Virus record (IMG/VR): IMGVR_UViG_3300033067_002337
Coordinates: 1 to 36,259 of that record
Source of the DNA: a virus
Taxonomy: Duplodnaviria > Caudoviricetes
Strand: one strand, 5' to 3'
DNA: 36,259 bases
The notes below the pieces were generated by a model. That model saw nothing but the letters and a program-made list of their open reading frames with translations, was not told the origin of the DNA and did not search any database. The number at the start of each line of letters is the position of its first letter. Position 1 is the stretch's first letter. Positions 8,477-17,317 of this stretch are shown one piece after another. The position numbers and the translations under genes are program-made.

Positions 8477-10234
8477 ATGTCAAAGAATATTGAACAAGTT
8501 TATGTGGCAAATCCCATAACCACGAATGCTAGCACGGATTTAATGTACTTTGGTCAGTCACCATATGGCGTGAATGATGACGCCGCAATGCAGTTCAGTG
8601 ATTTTGCCCGGCAATTTCAAAAGGTTGCCTTCAACTATAATTTGGCCGGTGGTGTGAATGATGCATTTACAGTTACTTTGACTCCTGCTCCTGCAGCATA
8701 TACCGATGGTATGCCAATATTTATGAACACCGGAGCACATACTAACTTAACCACTACTCCAACTCTGAACGTAAATGGTTTGGGTGCTAAAACCATTGTA
8801 TTCGCCCATGGCGCTTTAGCTGCTGGAGATATGGCTGCGAATACTACTTATCTGCTTATTTATAATGCAAATTCCTCTCAATTTGAGGTGCTTAACCCCA
8901 CTGTTTCTTTGGCAGACACATTTGCTGTACAAACTAATGCTTATAACGTTGCTGTTGATGCGGGGGTTGCTAATGCTTATGTTGTTACATTAAATCCAAC
9001 GCCTCCAAGTATTGTGAATGCTTTGACTGTTTATATGTTAGTTGCTCATACAAATACAACGGCATCAACTATTACAGTAAATGGTACGACTAAAAATATT
9101 GTTACCTCGGCAAATACTGCTTTGACTGGTGGTGAATTGGTTGTGGGTCAGATGGCCATGTTGGTTTATTCCAGCACTTATGACCATTTTGAATTAATTA
9201 ATTCGGCTGTAGCAGCAAATACACCTCAAAATTCTGGGTACACAACTACGGTTACATCTGGTGGCACAACAAATCTAACAAAATCATCTACTTATTTACA
9301 GTATTTTACAGGAAGTTCAAACCAAACGATTGTTTTGCCTGATGTAACTACACTTCCATCATTAGGGTTTAGTTTCTATATTGTATGTTTAACTAGTTCA
9401 TCTATCACAATACAATCAAATGATACTACATCACTTAAAACACTGTATAATGCAGAATATATAAAGGTTACATGTACCTCATTAAGTGATAATTCAGGCA
9501 ATGGATGGAACATTATCGCTGCACAAAATGCTCTTTGTTATAATGATAATCCAACTTTTAATCAGATTACAGCACAATCATTGATTTTTAACTATGGTGG
9601 CGTGAATAATGCGGTTACAAATATTGTAACTGCTGGAGGCACTACATTTTTGTTAACAGGCTCTACATATAATCAATATTGCACAGGAACATTAAATCAA
9701 ACGATACAATTACCGAATTTTGCGACAATTGGTACAACCTGTAACATTATAAATGCATCTTCTGGTGTCATTACAGTACAAACATCAAGTTCAAATAATA
9801 TCAATACAATAGCCCCAGGACAAAGTTGTATTTACCTATTAATTGACTCAACTTTTGGAACGGCTGCATCATGGTCTTATATCTTATTAGGAACAAATGC
9901 ACCAGTAACTTCTTTGACATGGCTTGATTTACCTGGAACGTCCATAACGGCTGCTCCTGGAAAAGGCTACATCATCTCCAACGCAAGTTTATCTACAGTA
10001 ACAATCCCTGCAACAGTAGCAGAAGGCACTGTATTTGCAGTCCAAGGCAAAGGTGCTGGCGGTTGGTTATTGCGCATGAATACAGGGCAAACATGCCATC
10101 TTGGTGCGTCTGTAACGACATCGGCAGGTTCATTAGCATCAACAAATCAGTGGGATAGCGTGAGTATTGTTTGCACCACGGCAAATACAGTTTTTGCTGT
10201 AACCAGTGTAATAGGAAATTTAACCATAGCTTAA
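8477..10234 (+). CDS. Modular tail fibre protein (repeated domains)
   Basis: 585 aa, Thr-rich. Two 'AG..NA(F/Y).VTL.P.P...AHTN.T..T..VNG..K.IV' repeats, two 'T.GGTT.L...ST..QY.TG..NQTI.LP' repeats, and a C-terminal domain paralogous to the next gene. Confidence 0.8.
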   Translation: MSKNIEQVYVANPITTNASTDLMYFGQSPYGVNDDAAMQFSDFARQFQKVAFNYNLAGGVNDAFTVTLTPAPAAYTDGMPIFMNTGAHTNLTTTPTLNVNGLGAKTIVFAHGALAAGDMAANTTYLLIYNANSSQFEVLNPTVSLADTFAVQTNAYNVAVDAGVANAYVVTLNPTPPSIVNALTVYMLVAHTNTTASTITVNGTTKNIVTSANTALTGGELVVGQMAMLVYSSTYDHFELINSAVAANTPQNSGYTTTVTSGGTTNLTKSSTYLQYFTGSSNQTIVLPDVTTLPSLGFSFYIVCLTSSSITIQSNDTTSLKTLYNAEYIKVTCTSLSDNSGNGWNIIAAQNALCYNDNPTFNQITAQSLIFNYGGVNNAVTNIVTAGGTTFLLTGSTYNQYCTGTLNQTIQLPNFATIGTTCNIINASSGVITVQTSSSNNINTIAPGQSCIYLLIDSTFGTAASWSYILLGTNAPVTSLTWLDLPGTSITAAPGKGYIISNASLSTVTIPATVAEGTVFAVQGKGAGGWLLRMNTGQTCHLGASVTTSAGSLASTNQWDSVSIVCTTANTVFAVTSVIGNLTIA

Positions 10235-10247
10235 CAAGGATTAATAA

Positions 10248-10736
10248 ATGGCAACTAATAATGCGGTAAATAGCCCACAACTAACGGCAAACGGTCAATT
10301 AGTTATTGGTGGTTCAGCAGCAAATGGTACGGCGGCTACTTTAACTCAAGGTACTGGGATTACGATTACCAATGGTGATGGAAGTATCACTATAGCAAGC
10401 TCGGGCGTGGGTTCAATTGTTTGGAATAACGTATCTGGAACCACGCAGACTGCTGCTGTTAACCAAGGATATATTATATCGAACGCGTCCCAAACCACTG
10501 TGACCATTCCTAATACAGTAGCTCAAGGCTCCGTATTTGCTGTAGCAGGACTTGGAACTGCTGGATGGAAAATTCAAATGGGGACAGGTCAAGTATGCAA
10601 CGTTGGAAGTAGCCCAACAACTACAGCAGGAACTATTACAAGTACCAATAGATATGACTCAATAACAATATTATGTGTTACAGCAAATACCACGTTTATT
10701 GCTATTGCTGGTTGGGGTAATTTGACTATTGCTTAA
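10248..10736 (+). CDS. Tail fibre subunit paralogous to the C-terminal domain of 8477-10234
   Basis: Shares GYIISNAS..TVTIP.TVA.G.VFAV.G.G..GW...M.TGQ.C...GNLTIA. Confidence 0.75.
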   Translation: MATNNAVNSPQLTANGQLVIGGSAANGTAATLTQGTGITITNGDGSITIASSGVGSIVWNNVSGTTQTAAVNQGYIISNASQTTVTIPNTVAQGSVFAVAGLGTAGWKIQMGTGQVCNVGSSPTTTAGTITSTNRYDSITILCVTANTTFIAIAGWGNLTIA

Positions 10737-10745
10737 GGGTAGAAA

Positions 10746-11522
10746 ATGACTACGAATAATCCAATAAATAACAACCCTGGTGTCATTGCAGTTCCTTTGC
10801 AGATGTCAGGGCCATTGGCTCAATATGTAAACTCTATAGCTACCGCTGGCGGAACAACCACATTAACAACTTCAAGTAATTTTAATCTTTATTTTACTGG
10901 AACTTTAAATCAGACAATTGTTTTGCCAAGTGTTGTGAGTTTTGGTCAAACAGGGTTGACGTATAACATTATCAATGCTTCAACAGGTACGTTAACTATA
11001 CAATCAAATAATGGCTCTACTCTAGTTACAGTAGGATATAACAATGCATCGGTTTTAACATCATGCCTTGTGACATCAATTTCCACTGCAAATGATACGC
11101 CTAGTTCATGGATTTATACAAAATCACTTGCTAACAATGCCACAACTGGAACATCTTATTCATCCAACATCCCTGTTGCAAGTGCTACTAACTTGGTGAG
11201 TAATACTGCTAAGAATGTTACATCTATTTCTGGTTTACCAGCAGGTATATATTTGATGTCTGGTTCTGTTTGGATTCAAAATACTACTGCAAACTTTACC
11301 TCCGCAGCAGGATGGATTAGCACTACATCAGCAACATTGCCTGATAATTCACTTATTACTCAAAATTATTCGGGTGCTGCAAGTGTGAACTACTGCGGGC
11401 TTAGCCCAACACTTATGCAGGTTTTTAGCTCAACTACAACTGTATATCTTTCTGCTCTTTCTGTATTTGGCTCAGGAACATCCACTGCGAGCGGGACTCT
11501 TTATGCGGTTAGCTTATATTAA
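10746..11522 (+). CDS. Distal tail fibre / receptor-binding protein
   Basis: Third copy of the 'TAGGTTTLT...FTGTLNQTIVLP' domain plus a C-terminal beta-sandwich-like region ('LPAGIYLMSGSV...STTTVYL'). Confidence 0.7.
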   Translation: MTTNNPINNNPGVIAVPLQMSGPLAQYVNSIATAGGTTTLTTSSNFNLYFTGTLNQTIVLPSVVSFGQTGLTYNIINASTGTLTIQSNNGSTLVTVGYNNASVLTSCLVTSISTANDTPSSWIYTKSLANNATTGTSYSSNIPVASATNLVSNTAKNVTSISGLPAGIYLMSGSVWIQNTTANFTSAAGWISTTSATLPDNSLITQNYSGAASVNYCGLSPTLMQVFSSTTTVYLSALSVFGSGTSTASGTLYAVSLY

Positions 11523-11534
11523 ACGGGACATGAA

Positions 11535-11987
11535 ATGACAATTAACTTAGTTGAATTAACAAGACATCTTTATCCTGGTGAAATTGAAGCGGGTAATATT
11601 ACTTTTCGACAGCCAGATGATGATATATTAATTGATAGATGGAGTGTAGAGGGAATAGAAAAACCATCTGAAGAATCAATACTTGCGCAACAACCAAAAA
11701 TAGAAAATCAGGTTAGTTGTTCAGTGCTCTCAAGAGAAATTAATAATTATATAAGCAACTTATTGAATCAAGATGCTCAAGACAAACAATATGATGATGC
11801 GATTTCATTTATTAGTTATGCTAATTCAAATAATGAGAAATGGAAAAACGAAGCATCCACATTTATTGCATGGCGTGATTCACTTTATAATTATGCTTAT
11901 GACCAATTAATATTGATGCAGGATAATAAAAGAGCAATACCAAGCCTAGAAGATTTTATCAAAGAATTACCTTTAAAAAGCAATTAA
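11535..11987 (+). CDS. Tail fibre assembly/chaperone-like protein
   Basis: 'IDRWSVEGIEKPSE' (XkdW-like) and 'AQDKQYD...SYANS....W..EA..FIAWRD' motifs of genes that follow tail fibres. Confidence 0.7.
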   Translation: MTINLVELTRHLYPGEIEAGNITFRQPDDDILIDRWSVEGIEKPSEESILAQQPKIENQVSCSVLSREINNYISNLLNQDAQDKQYDDAISFISYANSNNEKWKNEASTFIAWRDSLYNYAYDQLILMQDNKRAIPSLEDFIKELPLKSN

Positions 11988-12014
11988 AACAAATTTAATT
12001 AATAAGGACTGAAA

Positions 12015-12953
12015 ATGGCAATTAAAAGCATACAAGTTGGACAAGCGGGATTGTCAAACAACACCCCAAGCTGGGTATATATAGAAACAGATGACACTAT
12101 AGCTGCAGTTACGACTGCGGGGTATTTAAATGGGGCTGCTCAAGAATTTGTTAATACACTTAAGCCTAATATGATGGCTTTGGTTTCAACAAAAACGTCT
12201 AAAAGTATTGGCGTTGCCCCAGTTCTTTATTTATTACAGCTACAAAATAATGCTGGTGTTTGGTCAATGGCTGCTCCTGCAGTTGATGTTCCAGTTCCAT
12301 TTATAGTTCAAGGAAATATTCAAGCGGGTTCTTCTGGAACTCCTGGAGATTTTATATCCTATCCATCCACTGCATCTAAAGGTAATTTTATATTTAAGGC
12401 GATTGATAATACAGGCAATACATCAACTACCTTATCTAATAATGCAATGGGGCAAGCGAGTGTTATAAATATTCCAGACCCAGTCAATGCAATTGGACAA
12501 TTATTAATTGGTGCAACAGCCACTCCTTTTGTAAATGGTAACTTTCCAAAAAATTCTGGAACTGCAGGTTTAATGGTTGATTCTGGGATAGCTGCAGCTC
12601 AAGTGATGCAATTAAATGCTGTAAATACCATGAGCGGCTCAGGTCAAATTATTCTTGTAAAGGCAAATGGTACAGAAGCAGCAAACGCCGTTACTGCTAG
12701 TGGAAATGCTGGAGTTATTACTACTTCATCATTAACTACAGTTGGTGGATCAAGCTACGCAATTACATGGACAAATACTAAAATCACTTCAACATCAGTA
12801 ATTGTATTGACTTTAATGGGTGGCACAAATACCACTAAGAACATTACGATTCAAGCAACAGCAGGCTCCGGAACCTCTACTTTAACAATTTATAATAATA
12901 CGGCAGCAACTTCGCTTAACGGAACAATTTTAATAGGTTATGCGATTCTTTAA
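12015..12953 (+). CDS. Virion structural protein (Thr/Ala/Gly-rich)
   Basis: 312 aa, 'TDDTIAAVTTAGYLN' N-terminal motif, RBS AAGGA. Confidence 0.6.
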   Translation: MAIKSIQVGQAGLSNNTPSWVYIETDDTIAAVTTAGYLNGAAQEFVNTLKPNMMALVSTKTSKSIGVAPVLYLLQLQNNAGVWSMAAPAVDVPVPFIVQGNIQAGSSGTPGDFISYPSTASKGNFIFKAIDNTGNTSTTLSNNAMGQASVINIPDPVNAIGQLLIGATATPFVNGNFPKNSGTAGLMVDSGIAAAQVMQLNAVNTMSGSGQIILVKANGTEAANAVTASGNAGVITTSSLTTVGGSSYAITWTNTKITSTSVIVLTLMGGTNTTKNITIQATAGSGTSTLTIYNNTAATSLNGTILIGYAIL

Positions 12954-12960
12954 TATAAAT

Positions 12961-12982
12961 GCGGCATCTTAATAAATGCCGC
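12961..12982 (+). promoter_or_regulatory. GC-rich hairpin ahead of the lysozyme RBS
   Basis: GCGGCAT-N8-ATGCCGC; no U-tract downstream. Confidence 0.45.
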
Positions 12983-13000
12983 GACTCTAAGGGAATGAAA

Positions 13001-13408
13001 ATGACCGAAGAAGATTTGCAGATTTGGATAAAAAAGGATGAGGGTTATAAAAGCCATATGTATTTAGATACACTTGGTCATCCTACGATTGGATGGGGAA
13101 GGTGTCTTGATAATGGCATACGCCCTGACGAAGGCGAGCTTATGTTTCAAAACGATTACAAGCAAACCGTTCATGAGCTTGAGCAATGTGATTGGTATCA
13201 AATGCAGCCCCATAATGTTCAATGTGCCCTAATTAATATGAACTTTAATTTGGGAATTAATAAACTATCTAAATTTACAGGGATGATAAATGCGCTTAAA
13301 GAGAAAAATTATACTTTGGCTGCGCAGAATGCTCTTGATAGTCTCTGGGCGAAACAAGTTCATAATCGAGCAAAAGAAATAGCGGATATTATTCGTGCGG
13401 GCAAGTAG
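13001..13408 (+). CDS. Endolysin, GH24 (T4-type) lysozyme
   Basis: 'DEG.....YLDTLGHPTIGWG' catalytic E-D-T, 'ALINMNFNLG', 'LDSLWAKQV.NRA'; RBS AAGGGA 6 nt before ATG 13001. Confidence 0.92.
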   Translation: MTEEDLQIWIKKDEGYKSHMYLDTLGHPTIGWGRCLDNGIRPDEGELMFQNDYKQTVHELEQCDWYQMQPHNVQCALINMNFNLGINKLSKFTGMINALKEKNYTLAAQNALDSLWAKQVHNRAKEIADIIRAGK

Positions 13409-13766
13409 ATACAAAGAAGAGGATTTTATACAAATAGCATTGGTTAATTGGTTTAAAACCAATTATCCAGATTTTGCAGAAGATTTAGCGCACGTTGCTA
13501 ATCAAAGAAAATGCCATCCTTTGGAAGGTAAAAAGCTTCAAGACATGGGGATTAAAAAGGGATTTTCTGACTTAGAAATTGCAGTCCCTACAATTCATTA
13601 CAATGGCCTTTATATTGAGATAAAAACAAAAGATGGGCGACTTACAAAAGAACAGAAAGAATTCATTGATAGAAAAAATAAAAGAGGCTATTTTGCGACT
13701 GTTGCTAGGGGTCTCGAAGAAGGAAAAAAAGTAATTACTAATTATTTGGGAAATAATCAGTTCTAA
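13395..13766 (+). CDS. VRR-NUC domain nuclease (putative Holliday junction resolvase)
   Basis: 'E..IQ...V.W', 'HVAN', 'GIKKGFSDL', 'LYIEIKT.DGRLT.EQ.EF'. Confidence 0.88.
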   Translation: MRASRYKEEDFIQIALVNWFKTNYPDFAEDLAHVANQRKCHPLEGKKLQDMGIKKGFSDLEIAVPTIHYNGLYIEIKTKDGRLTKEQKEFIDRKNKRGYFATVARGLEEGKKVITNYLGNNQF

Positions 13767-13781
13767 CGTACAGAAAATTAA

Positions 13782-13907
13782 ATGACCAAAACATTCATTA
13801 TTTTATTCTTATTTATGATTCCAGGGTGCGGAGTAGACCCTGGTCATGATGATGTGACGGTTAGGGATGAGGTTATTGATCTTCAGCCCAAGATAATTCA
13901 TCTATAG
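13782..13907 (+). CDS. Putative 41-aa lipoprotein
   Basis: Hand-translated MTKTFIILFLFMIPGC-GVDPG...: basic N-terminus, hydrophobic core, lipobox-like IPGC. No clear RBS. Confidence 0.35.
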   Translation: MTKTFIILFLFMIPGCGVDPGHDDVTVRDEVIDLQPKIIHL

Positions 13908-14112
13908 GAATTGGTGAAATTGGGGAAAAATGTGTGGGTTCCAAATTATAATTTTTTTCATACACTTCCATTTCATAAAAAAGCCATTTATTATGTGAAA
14001 AATTGAAATAACCAACAACATAAATGTATATATTTGGATTGTGCTTGTTTTCTAAACTAAGGACGCAATCCGCTCCATTAGGTTTATATTTTTTAATCGG
14101 ATACCACTTCAT
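13873..14112 (-). CDS. DUF551-like phage hypothetical protein
   Basis: 'MKWYPIKKYKP...PTHF.PI' pattern; last gene of the leftward operon. Confidence 0.6.
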   Translation of the reverse strand: MKWYPIKKYKPNGADCVLSLENKHNPNIYIYVVGYFNFSHNKWLFYEMEVYEKNYNLEPTHFSPISPIPIDELSWAEDQ

Positions 14113-14321
14113 TTATTTTTCATCTCTTCTAAATATTTAATCAATGCATCAATTGCTTCGTTTTTGGATTTGTAAATTTCTTGTTTTCTGATATATGTTG
14201 GATCGTATTCTAGACCATAAAATCCACCGGTATCATGTGATGCTAAAAAAGTAATTTTAGTTTTTTTTATTGCATATGGATGTATTTCGTATACTTCATC
14301 ACCAACTTTAAAGTCATTCAT
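14109..14321 (-). CDS. Small hypothetical protein (FKxGD domain paralogue)
   Basis: MNDFKVGDEV...KNEAIDALIKYLEEMK; paralogue of 14709-14897. Confidence 0.75.
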   Translation of the reverse strand: MNDFKVGDEVYEIHPYAIKKTKITFLASHDTGGFYGLEYDPTYIRKQEIYKSKNEAIDALIKYLEEMKNK

Positions 14322-14538
14322 AATGAATATCTCTCAATAGATAAGAATTACATTTTTTACAAACGTCTATAAATATCTCCAATTCACCACCATTTTCATG
14401 CTCACAATAGTTATCAATCAGGGATTGGATTTTATTTAATAACTCAAAACTTGATGGCTGAATAAAATAATTAATCTCAAGCATGTGATTTAAAGAACGA
14501 TATAAAATTGATAGTTCTTCTTTCGTGAAGTCATTCAT
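14314..14538 (-). CDS. Small hypothetical protein with CxH...CxxC motif
   Basis: Start reassigned to MNDFTKEEL (14538), overlapping the upstream stop. Confidence 0.7.
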   Translation of the reverse strand: MNDFTKEELSILYRSLNHMLEINYFIQPSSFELLNKIQSLIDNYCEHENGGELEIFIDVCKKCNSYLLRDIHYE

Positions 14539-14716
14539 AATATTTATCCCATTCTTTAAGGCAATAGTTAAGCTCTTCACTAAAAATCAAAGCATATTTC
14601 TTGTATTCATCCCAATCCTCACTATTTTTAAGTCTCTCTAAAGCCTCAATGCACATAAGAACTCGCTCTCTTAGCCAAAAATGACTTGGTGTTAATCCTA
14701 ATGTAAGTTTATTCAT
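14531..14716 (-). CDS. Hypothetical protein
   Basis: 61 aa, 8-nt overlaps with both neighbours. Confidence 0.7.
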   Translation of the reverse strand: MNKLTLGLTPSHFWLRERVLMCIEALERLKNSEDWDEYKKYALIFSEELNYCLKEWDKYYE

Positions 14717-14897
14717 CTTTCATATTCTCTAAATGTTTAATTACTGAATCAATTGCTTCGTTTTTATTATGCCCAACACGTCCAAAATGAAGAAATTCTT
14801 TTTTATTTACAAATAATGATGGTGAACCATTTATTTCAGCTTCATTAAAGCTTACATCTATAACTACGACTTGATCTCCTTTTTTAAAATCATTCAT
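14709..14897 (-). CDS. Small hypothetical protein (FKxGD domain paralogue)
   Basis: Start MNDFKKGDQV at 14897 with RBS AGGA; ends KNEAIDSVIKHLENMKDE. Confidence 0.75.
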   Translation of the reverse strand: MNDFKKGDQVVVIDVSFNEAEINGSPSLFVNKKEFLHFGRVGHNKNEAIDSVIKHLENMKDE

Positions 14898-14901
14898 TTT
14901 A

Positions 14902-15114
14902 TTATCCTGTTGTAGTATTAAATCCAAAACAATGGCACGTTGGTAATTGTGTGCTTAAAAATGGCTGTGATGGATTACTATAAAAGCACTCTGGTTTGTG
15001 ATTTAATACTCCATAAGATGCATAATTCTGCGTTTGATGGCAACTACAATTAGGCATCCAGGAAGCATTCACTTTCTGGCATTTTGGGCATTGCCATCCT
15101 TGGTTAGTCAGCAT
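14902..15114 (-). CDS. Cys-rich small protein (GWQCPKC zinc ribbon)
   Basis: GWQCPKC...P.CSC; RBS GAGG. Confidence 0.65.
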   Translation of the reverse strand: MLTNQGWQCPKCQKVNASWMPNCSCHQTQNYASYGVLNHKPECFYSNPSQPFLSTQLPTCHCFGFNTTTG

Positions 15115-15289
15115 CTTTAACCTCGAAAAGTTTTTCGGATTGCTGTGATTGAATTTCGTCTAATAAAATATTTGCGGCATTTAAATTGTGTTTACCGCAT
15201 TCGCTTAAACTAGAAAGTTCATTTAAAATTCTTATATATTGATGACCTATTAATATTAATTGCATTATTTGTTTTTCACTTATTATCAT
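15104..15289 (-). CDS. Hypothetical protein
   Basis: Likely start MIISEKQ (15289); overlaps neighbours. Confidence 0.6.
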   Translation of the reverse strand: MIISEKQIMQLILIGHQYIRILNELSSLSECGKHNLNAANILLDEIQSQQSEKLFEVKDAD

Positions 15290-15464
15290 TTTCCAATCTC
15301 TCAAATTTTTCTAATAAGATATCTATCATGAAAATTAAAAAAGCCTCGGCTCCATCTTCTGGTCGAACATTTTTTAAATTAAAACCTTTTCTTATTTCCT
15401 TCAATTCATCTAAATTTTTATCTTCAAAATTTAATCTGTAGTTTGAAATAGTATTTGAAATCAT
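15276..15464 (-). CDS. Hypothetical protein
   Basis: 62 aa, RBS GGAG, ATGA overlap. Confidence 0.65.
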   Translation of the reverse strand: MISNTISNYRLNFEDKNLDELKEIRKGFNLKNVRPEDGAEAFLIFMIDILLEKFERLENDNK

Positions 15465-15634
15465 TTATAACACTCCCATCTTATAGTTGCCCAAAAAACG
15501 AAGCCAAAAATAACAGCTAGAATCATGCTTATTTCAGATTGAAATGAATTGTTTGCTGTAAATGCATGGTTTAACCAGTGAAGGCAAGCGATAAAGCTAC
15601 ATATTCCTATTAATATACGTGCAAAAGTTTTCAT
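15461..15634 (-). CDS. 57-aa two-TM membrane protein (not in ORF track)
   Basis: MKTFARILIGICSFIACLHWL...ISMILAVIFGFVFWATIRWECYK; ATGA overlaps at both ends fill the gap exactly. Confidence 0.7.
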   Translation of the reverse strand: MKTFARILIGICSFIACLHWLNHAFTANNSFQSEISMILAVIFGFVFWATIRWECYK

Positions 15635-16233
15635 CTATAGAACTCCCCGCATTTTTTGCATTTATTAACTTTTTTCATTCCCGCAGGAAGTGACCCAGGG
15701 ATTGAGCTTGATAGATTCCCTGTAGGAGATATGCAATGGAACCGTCCATCGCTTTCATGGTGGCACTTCGGCATAGGATTTAATTCCAACTCCATTATTT
15801 CTTTGTGAGCGGCTTCTAATGAGGAATTATCTTTAGGCATTAAATTTGACCAATAGTCTATCTGCGCTTGGATTAGGGCTTCTTTTGAGGGGTATAAAAT
15901 ATCTTTTTCAGTTACGCAATAACCATTATCATCAAAATATGAAATATCATCTTCGGTTTCTATCCGATAAATAAGTAAATTATTTATATTTTCATCGCAA
16001 TCAATAAACCACACTGTTTCGCCAATCTTGAACTTAGGCTCAGGTTTTGGTTGATTTAATTCACCAAATATTTTCAATAATCCATCAATATTTTCAAAAT
16101 GCTTATTAAATAAAAATCCATGGCATGATGCTTCCTGAATACCATCAGAATAAGTTGTTAATCCAATTTGCATACATATTTCATACTTTTTGGCCAAATC
16201 CATTGCCTGCCTAAGTTTGTCGTAATCAATCAT
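15631..16233 (-). CDS. Composite hypothetical protein (FKIGE domain plus C-terminal CxH...CKKC)
   Basis: 200 aa; internal domains resemble those of 14109-14321 and 14314-14538. Confidence 0.75.
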   Translation of the reverse strand: MIDYDKLRQAMDLAKKYEICMQIGLTTYSDGIQEASCHGFLFNKHFENIDGLLKIFGELNQPKPEPKFKIGETVWFIDCDENINNLLIYRIETEDDISYFDDNGYCVTEKDILYPSKEALIQAQIDYWSNLMPKDNSSLEAAHKEIMELELNPMPKCHHESDGRFHCISPTGNLSSSIPGSLPAGMKKVNKCKKCGEFYR

Positions 16234-16403
16234 TCTTCATTCTCATAAAAAAGTTTATCAATTTTCTTTGAAATTTCTTTAACAACAGGCTCATAAAGCG
16301 GATATTCAATACTTATTACATGTATTGCGCTCCACATTTGACCTATGAGAAATGACATTTGTTCTAGTTTATCGAGTAATTTATTTATTAATTCGTCAGT
16401 CAT
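16230..16403 (-). CDS. 57-aa hypothetical protein (not in ORF track)
   Basis: MTDELINKLLDKLEQMSF...FYENEE; RBS GGGA; ATGA overlap with the next gene. Confidence 0.65.
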   Translation of the reverse strand: MTDELINKLLDKLEQMSFLIGQMWSAIHVISIEYPLYEPVVKEISKKIDKLFYENEE

Positions 16404-16426
16404 TTTTATCCCAATTCATTCTTACG

Positions 16427-16445
16427 CGGTTACAAGATGTAACCG
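16427..16445. other. Perfect 8-bp hairpin just downstream of bet
   Basis: CGGTTACA-AGA-TGTAACCG. Confidence 0.5.
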
Positions 16446-16447
16446 AA

Positions 16448-17317
16448 TCACTTATCATCCTCTTTATTCAATCGAGCTATAAAATCATCTGCTTGCGCTA
16501 CAGTTAATTCACCTACTTTCTCAACTCCATAATGTTCCATGGCTTTTTGCATACGCCCATTGGCAAAGCCTTTGACTGCGATTAAAGCGTGAAGCTCTTT
16601 CAATTGTTTTGGTGTTGCCACTTCGCCTGTTTCTGCGCTTTCTTCAACAACAACCTCAGCTTCAATAGTATGGCCTTTTGCTTCTTTGAGCTTATTCATA
16701 AGACTATCGCTTTTTACTGATTTTGGTGGGGTATTTATTTGCTGTTCTGGCATTTCTTCTTCCCCATAAGTTCCACCTAGGAGGTCTTGGAAGCATGCGC
16801 GCAGGCATTGGCTTTCGGCTACTTTTTTTATCATGGTCGCTGGCTTCCCGGTCTGAGGATTCCAAAGACTCTTGCCCGTTGAGTATTCTTTAAGTTCTGC
16901 AAAAACGTACATGGGGCGCGATGATTTATGACGCTTAGCAATGCAATATGCGCCAATTAATTCGCCTCTGTTTGTTAATTTGTACTTATGTTTTACTTCC
17001 CCGTTTTGCACTTCAAATTCATCATTAGAATAGACTGCATCGCATTGATGGAAATCATATTCACTATGCGCTTGTGCTGCTTTTCTGTATCCATCTCGTC
17101 CTATGAATACTTGAGCAGGCGCATTGTCTTGGTACTTTATCGACCAAATTTCTCTCGTGAATGGATTTAGATTTGTAGCTTTCCCAAGACCTACAAAGAA
17201 TTGAAACTCCATCTCGGTAAGTTTAGGAGCGAATAGCTTGCGTATCTCATCAAGCTTCTTCGCATCATCCCACATGACTAAACTATTATTTTGGTTCACT
17301 GCTAATTCAGTACTCAT
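16448..17317 (-). CDS. bet: Phage single-strand annealing recombinase, Bet/RecT family
   Basis: 'LNPFTREIW.IKY', 'FIGRDGYRK.A', 'W....P.TMIKKVAESQCLR..F..L.G.Y..EE'; start MSTELAV at 17317 with RBS GGAG. Confidence 0.9.
   Translation of the reverse strand: MSTELAVNQNNSLVMWDDAKKLDEIRKLFAPKLTEMEFQFFVGLGKATNLNPFTREIWSIKYQDNAPAQVFIGRDGYRKAAQAHSEYDFHQCDAVYSNDEFEVQNGEVKHKYKLTNRGELIGAYCIAKRHKSSRPMYVFAELKEYSTGKSLWNPQTGKPATMIKKVAESQCLRACFQDLLGGTYGEEEMPEQQINTPPKSVKSDSLMNKLKEAKGHTIEAEVVVEESAETGEVATPKQLKELHALIAVKGFANGRMQKAMEHYGVEKVGELTVAQADDFIARLNKEDDK

Noticed and set aside
8477-11522. Diversity-generating retroelement or invertible tail-fibre cassette
   Set aside because: The repeats are diverged at protein level, not adenine-specific near-identical copies. 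No reverse transcriptase or invertase is present.
12995-13003. Met-Lys-Met dual start with upstream hairpin, as in the lambda S holin
   Set aside because: The gene is a soluble lysozyme, and the RBS spacing fits only the second ATG.
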